Assembly (NCBI GenBank): GCA_040437565.1
Contig: JBDOQK010000040.1
Span: forward strand, 300,512 to 320,511
Origin: Albugo candida
Lineage: Eukaryota
Length of the DNA: 20,000 bases
Direction of reading: 5' to 3'
A program made the position numbers and the translations under genes. The first letter of the stretch is position 1. The number at the start of each line of letters is the position of its first letter. Under the pieces are notes generated by a model. It was not told the origin of the DNA. It ran no database searches and saw nothing but the letters and a program-made list of their open reading frames with translations. Below are positions 1-9,521 of the stretch, one piece after another.

Positions 1-570
1 AGTCATTCCTCTTTTGTTTGAATGCCTTGCATGCTTTATTTCCTTTTATTACAGCCACGAAAAAAAAAATTGCGCAGCGTACGATCTTTCCCGTGGGGTG
101 TTTTAAATATAGCCGATCTTAGGAAGACATGTGAGTAGTAGAGAAGGCTTTCTTCGCAAGTATTCTCGGTGAAATGTATCTCGAGTATAAAAAATCATAG
201 CAAACTCGCAAGAAGGCAGTCTATCAAATATCAACGTGATTAAGTCAATTCGTTTGCACTTGTGCAAATGAGCCATCCAGAAATATCATCTACGACATGT
301 AATCATTCACAGCATCGAATTTTTTTCTGTTGTAAGTTCATCTATAGATCTTCCTGCAAAAATGGAGCTGTGTGACTTATTACGTCGCGTGCAATGAAAG
401 CATCAAACTTGATGAAACTCCGACTTCCGTCTAATAAACGGAAATCCTTCTAGAAGATTCATGGTTAATCTTCATTGTGTATTTCGTGTAAACTTAGAAA
501 CGTAGTTCGCTTAGCGGAGATTATTGCCAAGCGTTTTTAGGAGACATCGATCATTCTTTTACTTGGATTT

Positions 571-582
571 AAGAGTTGAAAG
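571..582 (+). repeat. 12-bp direct repeat, left copy (candidate TSD of the PLE)
   Basis: aagagttgaaag is identical to 4025-4036; 14/15 match when extended to 568-582 vs 4022-4036. Confidence 0.6.
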
Positions 583-605
583 ATTAACATACAAGCTCTA
601 TATAT

Positions 606-662
606 CCTAAAGTAACTTTTACCTAAAGAGGTTACTTTCGCTGATTATGCTTCTTCAGTAGG
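606..662 (-). ncRNA. Type I hammerhead ribozyme (minimal, PLE-associated)
   Basis: Minus strand reads CCUA-CUGAAGA-A-GC(AUAAUCA)GC-GAAA-GUAAC(CUCUUUAGGUAAAA)GUUAC-U-U-UAGG. Stem I CCUA/UAGG, core CUGANGA and GAAA, 2-bp stem II, stem III AGUAAC/GUUACU, cleavage triplet CUU (cut between 610 and 609). Confidence 0.85.
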
Positions 663-2517
663 TTCTTACGCTATTAGTGAAGTGAAGTCGTCCCACACGG
701 ATATTAGGATTTAGGGTTTCAGACTTGCTTCCTGTACAGTCAAGGATGGCTGGAGGGGACAGGTCGGGGTTCCTAAGCGTGGACGGACAAAGTAAATGTT
801 GCAGTGTCGGAGGTTTGGTGTAGCAGACCGTGATCGGTGCTTCGACCGAAGCTTCGAGTTCTCGGACTTGTAATATCCTTCGAACCACTGCACGGGGTGG
901 ACCATTGGGGATATATCTGAGCTTGTAGACGATGGGGACCGGTGAAGTGACGGGCTGAAAGTCGTTGCTGAAAGAGCTTTTCGGAAAACCGGAAGCAGGA
1001 GCTTAGGTAAGTACCCGCGGGCCTGTAACCGTTTATAGAAAAGATTGACAATCCGCCGGAAGTCAGCTGGGCGGCTGTTATGAGATTTGTATTTCTTCAG
1101 TAAGCCGTAAATGAGTCCTTTGAGGATACCGGGGGAGTGTGCGCTATTGGCTGGAATGTATAGATAGAGATTGAGAGCCTTCTGGTGTGTCTTAGTGATA
1201 AGACGAGAACCTTCTTTCAGCATCCATAAGTCCAGGTGCGCAATCTGGGTCATGTGAACAACGTGAGTGACCCGGAGGCGGGATAGCTTAGTGAACATAG
1301 CTAAGAACCGCTTATAATCATAAGAATCCGGTCCTGGGTCCCAAACCAGGAACAGGTCGTCAATGAAGCGCCGGTAGTACAGTAGTCGTTGTTTGAATTG
1401 ACTCTATAGAATATCCTCAAAGTAAGGTACTTACATTGAGGCGAAAGCTGTCGCGACAGGAGTTCCCATGGCAGTTCCCCTTTGTTAAGGCCAGACGATA
1501 GCACAAAGGTGAAGTAGTTGTTCTTCATGGGGAGCTCCAGACCGCTAAGGATAGCCGTGTACCATTTATGTCCAGAGATTCGGCGGCTGATAAGACGAAT
1601 TGCGTCGTCGATAGGAATGTGGGTGTAGAGTGACTCAACATCAGCCGTAATCAGTAGAGTGGACGGAGACACGGTAATAGCCGATTGCTCCTCAAGAATT
1701 AATGTGGGCTTCTGAGGTACGAGGGTATGCTGCGAAAGAAGGGTTGGAGTTGAAAGTCCAGCCACTTCGATAATCCTTGGAGCACACTGGCGGAGTTGGA
1801 GACAATAGGTCGAATGCAAAGAACAGGATTTTTTTTTTTTTTATGGATCTTTGCGAGTGGATAGAACACGTTGAGTCGCGTATTTTCAAGATCGGACATA
1901 ACGATGGCTGTTGTTGACCAGTCAGAGTCGTATGAAAACTGTTTTGCTTGGTAATGGTACCAATTACGGACACGGGTTCGTAAAAGGCGAAGCAAAGCGT
2001 CGACCGGAGCAGTACTACGTGTGTAAGCCGTCGGATCTTGGAGATGATCTAGGCAAAGACGGGTAAAATGCTCAGTTGTGAAAAGGGCCGGACCGAGATT
2101 TTTGTCGGCAAGGACGACTTTTAAGTCCGGACGTTGGCGCAGTTGATGGAACGTAGCTTGTTGTATATAATTCAAGTTTCGGCGCCGGGTCGGGGTCCAG
2201 CGAAAGTTGTAAAGGTTTCGCTCAACCGTTTGGAGTGTCATTTTGATAGCCGGAGTAGCAGGCTGGGGTTGAAACGACCGATTAGGAACATATATTTTGC
2301 GAATAAAGTTCCGATTGTAATCCCCAAATTGCACACGAAGTCGGATGGATCGCATGAAGTCGGGGAGGGCAGAAAGAAGATCAGAATGGACCAGTGGCTT
2401 AGGAGTAGGACAGAATTTCAAGTTAAGTCCTAACAGACGATTCAAAGCCGGAGGAACAGGGATTGTATTAGGGACAAAGTTATGGTAGGCTAAGTTTCTA
2501 GCAAAGCTGTTATCCAT
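655..2517 (-). pseudogene. Penelope-like reverse transcriptase, frameshifted and with in-frame stops
   Basis: PLE motifs in order across frames: LGLNLKFCPTP, LADKNLG, FYPLAKIHK, IRPIVS, TADVESLYTHIP, QRGTAMGTP, YRRFIDD (FIDD at 1356-1367), KALNLYLYIPANSAH, RLQARGY, VCYTKPPTLQHLL. Frameshifts near 1700, 1500 and 900. Stops at 1485-1487, 1431-1433 and 1404-1406. Likely start is MDNSF at 2517. Confidence 0.93.
704..719 (+). repeat. Short telomere-like stretch TTAGGATTTAGGGTTT (AAACCCTAAATCCTAA in element sense)
   Basis: 15/16 match to (TTTAGGG)n, located about 40 nt upstream of the hammerhead in the element transcript. Confidence 0.5.
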
Positions 2518-2764
2518 AGTAGTAGAACGGCTCGCTAAAAGAGCTAGTGCGTTCGCTTTGTCCGACCTGTGGAGTTGGATCGAGTCTTGTTTGGAGCGGG
2601 ATCCCACTGCTTTCTGGACTCGGAAGACTTGTCGGGCTTTCTGGTGGGCAGCTTTTTAGACAAGTCGGGTTTGTTTCCTGCCGCTCTTGCGTTTCTTTTG
2701 GAGCGGCTTTGCCTGATTTAACCTGCTGGGACTTCGCAGATTTGGCGCCAGTCGGTGCCCTTTG

Positions 2765-3472
2765 TCAGCCGGCGCGTGCTTTTAACGATTGTTGAAGCTG
2801 TGCAATATGTGCTTTCAAGGGCCCAATAGCTTTCTGTACGTTTTGTTGTACATGATGCTGAACAGACTCCGTGAGAGGACTCGTGGCTTCAAGCTCCATA
2901 GCAGCAGTTTTCTTAGATGCTTTGGCAGCGGCTATCTCCTCCCGGGCAACGTGCTCTAAATGAAGAGTATAGTCTAACCGGTTGAGTTCAGATGATAACC
3001 TGTCCCTAACTGTTAAGTAGTCATGAACAGCTAGGGAACGACTGCCAGACTCGGCGTTCAACCATATATCCCACGGAGGGAAGGATGCGCCAAGTCGTAT
3101 ATGAACCTTCTCATAGAAGGTCTTGATCTACAGTAGCGTTTTCTGCGGTAACGCGTTTCGCTCCGTAACGAGGGCTTCAAGCTCTAGGGCGGTAGCTTTT
3201 TGAATATCAGCCCGTAATTCCGTTTCATTATTTCCAAGTTGCTCTTGCAAGGAAGCTTAGAGGGTCTCAGCTACAGTAGACTCAAGTAGCTTGGAGTCTT
3301 AGAAAGTGGCCTTTAACTTAACACAGCGAGGTGTGTCACTGTTAAGTTTGGCAAGTGCCTTTTCCTTGGCAGTGATCTTTTGTGCTAAAAGACGGTACTG
3401 CTTCAGGGTGGAGTCAATGAGGTCCACTATATGGCGCGGCGGACTAGTACATACTGATTTGTATGGGACCAT
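2765..3472 (-). pseudogene. PLE ORF1, coiled-coil-like protein with in-frame stops
   Basis: One frame from ATG 3472 (MVPYKSVC...KQYRLLAQKITAKEKALAKLN...LQEQLGNNETELRADIQKATALELEALVTERN...HIAQLQQSLKA). It is interrupted only by TAA 3299-3301, TAA 3257-3259 and TAG 3128-3130. Composition is helical and E/K/A/L/Q-rich. A basic tail probably continues past TGA 2765. Confidence 0.75.
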
Positions 3473-4024
3473 CCTTAAGTTTTTTTAATCTTGGGTTTGA
3501 CACAAGATAGGCAGGATTGGTAAGGGAAGAGTACCGTGAGTTCTATCAAGCCAGCCGAAGCGTGATGCCGCCAAGAATCGGTAGTACACTAGCCTTTGTC
3601 GAAGTGCCGTCGGGGTAGGGCTGGGTTCCGCAGTTGTATGAGGTTGCCGTATACCGTTCGAACAGATTCCGATGGTTCCTTGCCGGTACTCCCCAACGTT
3701 AAAGGTTTGCAAAAGCAAAACAGGGTCTATCCAGTAGGCACCGTGAGCTTAAAGCTCCTAGCGAACGTAGCTAGGGTGGGCGGAGTAGCCGTTCCCTCTA
3801 CAAGAACCGCAGTTTTTCTGGGTTCGGAACTAACCTGGCAACTTCTTGTTCGACGATGGAGACGCTCTAGGCTCCAATCGTCCAGGTCGCGTGCCCATGC
3901 GATCATGTGTACCTGCCGGGTAAAGGGTGAACTTTGAAAGGAACACCCCTCCCCCCGCGTGTAAGAACGTTGAAACGCCGCTCCGGAAGTACGGTGGTTT
4001 CAAACCCTCACGAGTTTAGCATTA

Positions 4025-4036
4025 AAGAGTTGAAAG
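4025..4036 (+). repeat. 12-bp direct repeat, right copy (candidate TSD of the PLE)
   Basis: Identical to 571-582 and ends exactly at the first base of the copia LTR. Confidence 0.6.
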
Positions 4037-4261
4037 TGCTGAGGGTAAATTGGAAAGTGTATATATATGAAGATAGGTCCTTAGTTCACTATCAACTAAT
4101 CTGAGTCTATACCACAGTCTTCTCTATCGTGAACTCTACTCCGTTTGTAACGACATTGCCAACGCTGACTTTCCGCTTAAGTAATCGTTGGATGTACTCC
4201 GAACATTCTCAGTAGAAAGTCCGTGTGTGAGTAACACGATTCCCGAATATTTTCTTCAACA
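4037..4261 (-). repeat. Copia 3' LTR (225 bp)
   Basis: tgctgagggtaaattgg...ttttcttcaaca aligns with 7607-7818 at roughly 85-87% identity by eye, with a 12-bp indel. Confidence 0.93.
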
Positions 4262-4270
4262 CTCCCCCTC
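4262..4270 (-). other. Polypurine tract of the copia element
   Basis: GAGGGGGAG on the minus strand, immediately before the 3' LTR. Confidence 0.9.
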
Positions 4271-7200
4271 GACGCAATATTCCTGGTGTTCACCGGATGA
4301 ACCAAATCTTGGAATTGCTTCGTCGAAATGGGCTTCAGCAAGAAATCAGCAACGTGTTTTTGCGATTGAACGTACTCAATCTTAATTTTACCATCCTTCA
4401 GATGATCACGAATAAAATGATATCGAACATCAATATGTTTTGCCCGACTTTGATATCCGTTATTCATCGCTATAGCAATCGCACTTTAATTGTCATTAAA
4501 AAATAGTTACGTATCGACCAGTGTTTGCCTTCAACTCGGATAGTAAATGATTGACCCATATAACTTCCGGCATGCAGAGTGAAAGGGCGCTCTGCTTCGG
4601 CCGTACTAAGTGCCACACTTTGTTGGATTTTTGACTTGAAAATCACTGTAGCATCGTTTGCCATGACCATGATTCCAGTTACATATCTTCAGTCTACCTT
4701 TCTATTCGCCCAATCTGCGTCACTGTACGCACATACCTTCAAAAACTTCCTGCCGCCTCTGTAAGTGATCCTATTCTCACTTGTTCAAGTACCGCAGGAC
4801 TCTTATCGCTGCTTTCCAGTGCTCTTCATTAGGCTGGTCGTTGACATCTCTAGGTGGGTAAATGCATACGTCTTCCTCTAGATGTCCATTTAAGAAAGCG
4901 GTGTCGACATCACATTGATGAATATGGAAACCTTGGTGAAAGCAAGTCGATGAGTAAACTCTGATAGAGTTCATATTTGCAACTGGTGCATATGTATCTA
5001 TATAATCAACTCCATATTTTTGTCGAAATACCAAACAACGAGTCTAGCTTTGTGCTTTTGTATTTCACCAGTTTGGTTTCGCTTCTAGTTGAATACCCAT
5101 TTCTTTCCGATAACCTTCATATTCGGTTTCGGCTTTGTCAGAGTCTACGTGTTCTTTTCTTCGAGCCCTTGGAGTTCTTGACTGAGGGCGATTATCCATT
5201 ATTCTGAATGTGCACATCGCATTGCATCTTTGTACGCTGTTGGTGTGTCTAACGCAGCACTGGCGTGCTCATGTTCGATTCGAAGTTGTTTTTGTGGTCG
5301 ATTTTCTTCCAAGCTGAAAACAATAGCATCTGATAATTCGTACGGAACGATTGAGTCGGATTGTTTGCCGTGAAGTAGGTTGTTGGGCCCAGATGATGTA
5401 GATATTGGAGAGTGATTACAGCCATCTAATCTCTCCCTGAGCACAAGCTCCGTATTAGCAGTGTATCAATATTGACGTCATTTTCACTTGGATCAGCTTC
5501 TTGGTTACCATAATCTTCATCAACCTCCATAGCTCCATCATTTTCATTGGTCTCAATGGGCAGTTTTGCTTCACCAACAATTTCGTTTGCCCCGAACTCC
5601 AATCTTTCTGTAGACTGATCTTGGCATAAAACTTGAACATACTTCGATGGTTGAATTTCTTGAAAAGTAGCTGAACGCGTTATATCCAAACAATAAGATT
5701 CCAAATTACATACACGATAGATATCCTTTTGTATTTTCGAAGTAGCCCAAAACATGCATTTGTAGACCTTGTCAAATTTGAATCTTTTCGACTTGTCGAT
5801 ATGTGCGTGCATAACCACGAGCTCCAAAAACTTTCAAATCTGAAATATGTGGTTGATATCCATAACATACTTCAAATGGAGTTTTATCTTGGTTTGCTGC
5901 ACATGTTACTCTGTTATTATGTACATAGCAGTATTCATAGCTTCTGCCCACCATTCTCCTTCCACTTGCATGTGCGACAACATGCATCTTGCTCTTTCGG
6001 TGATTCTTCGATTCAATCTCTTTGCAAGACCATTCTGCTGCGGTGAATATGGAACTGTTGTCTGGTTTACTATTCCAGCCTTTTTGCATATCGCTGAAAA
6101 ATTTTGATTGATATATTCTCCACCATTATCTGTACGCAAGCACTTGTTCCTTGTTCCATGTTGCATTTCGACTGGAGCCTTGAATTCAAAAAACTTACTT
6201 AGCACTTCCAACTTGGTTTGTATGAAGTAATAATGAACCAGTCTTGAATAATTGTCGATGAAGGTGACCATATACTTTGCACCGCCTTGAGAGTTTTCGT
6301 GTATCGGTTCAACAACATCGCTGTGAACCAGTTCTAGAAGCGAATTTTTTTTCATCATCCCGTATCCAGATGATTGAAATGGTTGAACGGACGACTTCCC
6401 ATTCATGCATCCTTCATAAATTTCTTGTTCTGCACAGTCTGATGCTGATGTTGTTTTCACACAAAACCTTTCAACAAAGTTCTTCATATTCTTCAATTTA
6501 TTGTTTGATAAATGCCCCACTCTTGCGTGCCAAATTGATTTATTCACCAGCTTGTATTCCTCTTTTGCTACTTATTCACCGAGATTTGCAACTTTAAGTG
6601 CATCACATTCAAGTACAAACAGTTTTTTTTCTTTTCGTTGTATTCGTACTATACTTTCACCACCACTTTTGAATACACAAGTCAAGTTGCCAAATGTTAC
6701 TAAAAGGCCTTTTTCTGCTAGAGCAGAGACGGATAGAAGCTTTTGATCGAGATCGGGAACGTACAAGACATTGTCAATTCTGATATATTTGTTGTTCTTC
6801 AGTTACGCGTAAGTGGTGCCGACTCCTACCGCATCCCCATTGCTCCCATCAGCAATTGAAATCGCAACTCTTTTTTTCAAAAATTGCTTCCACCAATGTT
6901 CTTGTTTGTGTCCATATTTGTTACATCGAAAACATTTCCCCTAAAACTTTGCTGCTTGTTCGGCATTCTTGTTTCTTCGACCTCTCCTTGGTCGATTGTT
7001 GTGGATCTTCGGTGCCACTTCATCGGATTCCTTCAGATTGATCCTCTCATATTCACGAAGAATCATTTTCTATGCCTGAAACAAATCCATTCCAGGTATA
7101 TTCTCCATAATCTTCACAACCTGATCACTTCCGAGTAGGATCCCAAGCTGTTCTTCCAAGTTGACGACAGCTCCATTTGCTTGCATTGACATACATAGTT

Positions 7201-7557
7201 CATCAAATCTAAGGAAATGAGCCATCACATTCCCGCATTTCTTCATTTTGAATTCATGTAGTTCCCGTTGCTTTTGAATTTTGTTGTGGAATGAGCGCCT
7301 TAGGAAGAAGTTCTTTAAAATTCCCCAAGCTTGAGCAGTTTTACATGCTGACCTACCCATAGACTGAAAATTGAGATTGATCATGGTTGAGATTATCGCG
7401 AATGCCTTCATATCGTTGACCTTCCAATTTGAAGCAGGAATGTTAACCTCGTTGGGTATTTTACTTCGTCGATGTGATCGAGCAATCCCTTACGCATCAG
7501 CTGCATTCGAGCATTGAACTACCAGCTGAAATAATTTTCTTCTTTCAACATATACAT
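4262..7557 (-). pseudogene. Copia gag-pol polyprotein remnant
   Basis: Gag: FNARMQLMRKGLLDHI, WKVNDMKAFAII, Zn knuckle CFRCNKYGHKQEH (about 6895-6935). Integrase: WHARVGH, LVHSDV, FIDNYSR, LRTDNGGEY, PQQNGLA. RT: QKYGVDYIDTYAPVA, DVDTAFLNG. RNase H: SDADWA, VALSTAEAE, KHIDVRYHFIRD. Many stops and frameshifts. Confidence 0.95.
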
Positions 7558-7606
7558 TGTCGTGAAAGTCGTAGCTAAAGAAACAATAAGGTTGTGTCTG
7601 TAAACC

Positions 7607-7818
7607 TGTTGAGGCTAAATTGAAAAGTGTATAGTTATGAAGATAGATTTTAGTTCACTATTAGCTGATCTAAGTCTATATCACACTTTTCTCTATCGTA
7701 AAATCTATTCCCTTTGTAACGACATTGCCAATACTGACTTTCCGCGTAAGCATTCGTTGGATGTACTCCTAACATTCTCAGTAGAAAGTTGGTGGATTCC
7801 CGAATGTTTTCTTCACCA
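7607..7818 (-). repeat. Copia 5' LTR (212 bp)
   Basis: tgttgaggctaaattga...ttttcttcacca, homologous to 4037-4261. Confidence 0.93.
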
Positions 7819-9421
7819 GATATTTCATGCAGACCCTTCAGGATCACGCAAGTGTCTTTTCCGTTCAGTACGCTTTAGTATGAATTCTATATTTGTCATG
7901 GATTTTGGGTAGGGTTGAGCGCATGTTCGGCAGCTTATGTTCAAATGTCTCTAGCTGCTATAGAGTTCATCCCAGCGCAGCTTTACAAATTCTTCACTCT
8001 GCATTTGATTCATTTGCTATCAATGTCAGTGACTCTGATGAAGTGTCGGCTAGCGGATGTTACCAGACACCAGACAATTCTACTTGTGAGCCACAAGTAA
8101 GCTACGAAAAAGAACACCATGCTCGTACACGTTTGTTATCGAAAAAAATTGAAAGGACCAGAAGCATTATCCATAGATTCTTGAGAGCCACACTAACCTC
8201 ATGCTTCATGCGTTAGGAGCGCCGGTTGTAAATCTCGAAATCTCTCTAATATGAATCGAACACTCTTTAATCGGTACCTTAATTTGCTTGCAATGAATTC
8301 GTTTACGTCTTTAAACTAATACAGGAATGATTTAGATTACCCCCCCCCCGCACTTGCGCTTTGCCTTTTTGTAGAGCGAGTATAGTGAAGGTGAAGCGCT
8401 GTTGCAAGCGCTGTTTCGCTGAAAATAGCACTTGCTTTCTGCATGTCGCATTCATTTGATCCCATAGTAGCCATGAGTAAACTGTCTCAGTTTCGGGGGG
8501 ACCTTTCGCATAGCGTTCGTGCACTGTACCAACTGAGAAAATGCACACATTCTTCCTTCCAACCATCTGCTTCATCAAACTATGAACGTTTTGTGTGCTG
8601 TAAGGCAATGATTTCGTGCAGTCTAACATGGCAACACGTCAAAGCATTCAAAATGCGACTTTCACACATGTCGTAAATTCTCCTTCTCATAGAGCGACAT
8701 CTTTTCCTTTCCCTCTCAACAAACAGTTGTTGGCCTATCGTCGGTCGGTACCAAAGCCAATAGTTGGTCCAGCTCGACAAATCCCTTATATCCACATTGC
8801 GACCACATAATCAAACTGTCCTGATTGTCAATCTGTCACACGATTAATTGGACCACCAGCGACTAATGATATACAGATGCGGCAAGCTTTTCTGCGGATG
8901 ATGAAGTGCACATATTTTCATGCGACGTTTTAAATAAAGGTATTGCCGCGTTTTGAGAAAAAATTAACTATTATGGTGGTCATAATCACTCCAAGACTTC
9001 AGTAGGCTGCTCAAATCCATAGCGGGGTTTGGCGTAATGATTTTAAACGTAAGCGCTGTAGCCACAGGTGTCAGACCTGGCAATTTCACCTGACCACGTA
9101 TTTTTCGTGTGAATTGGCTATCAAACTTTTGAACCATCACTTCGACGGAATATGTAGCACGTGTATCCGTCGTAGCAAGCTCCCATCTCAGCTCCTCATT
9201 ATTTCCACACGGGAATATGTTTCACGGGAGATCTATTTTCAACGTAGTATAATTCTTGTGATTTGTCTCGGAAAACTTAAACAGTGGCGCAACCGTGATA
9301 TCAGTGATTCACTTTAGTTGGATCTGCATGGCTTCCCCGTCTGGATCGAGAAATAAATCTCGCACTGCTATATATTATGAAGCTGCGCTAACGTCGCTTT
9401 CCAGTGATGACCCGGCTCTCT

Positions 9422-9521
9422 NNNNNNNNNNNNNNNNNNNNNNNNNNNNNNNNNNNNNNNNNNNNNNNNNNNNNNNNNNNNNNNNNNNNNNNNNNNNNNN
9501 NNNNNNNNNNNNNNNNNNNNN
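9422..9521. other. Assembly gap (100 N)
   Basis: Run of N. Confidence 1.

Larger units (their letters stand above)
583..4024 (-). mobile_element. Endonuclease-deficient Penelope-like retroelement (Coprina/Athena type), decayed, apparently near full length
   Basis: Minus-strand order: 5' leader, coiled-coil ORF1, PLE-type RT without GIY-YIG, hammerhead ribozyme. Boundaries are inferred from the flanking direct repeat aagagttgaaag at 571-582 and 4025-4036. Confidence 0.88.
4037..7818 (-). mobile_element. Ty1/copia LTR retrotransposon, degenerate and internally deleted
   Basis: Paired TG...CA LTRs, a PPT, and gag, integrase, RT and RNase H remnants in copia order. Confidence 0.95.

Noticed and set aside
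1829-1842. Poly-T run (KIHKKKKN) as a functional signal
   Set aside because: Most simply homopolymer slippage within the RT coding sequence.
3485-3906. Possible N-terminal extension or ORF0 upstream of PLE ORF1
   Set aside because: 3485-3718 is in frame with ORF1 behind a TAA but has no recognisable features, and the ATG at 3906 is in a different frame.
2134-3937. Plus-strand ORFs inside the PLE (and likewise inside the copia element)
   Set aside because: They are antisense shadows of the real minus-strand frames and carry no motifs.
662-3968. 8-bp inverted match gttcttac (662-669) / gtaagaac (3961-3968) as an inverted pseudo-LTR
   Set aside because: Too short and does not extend.
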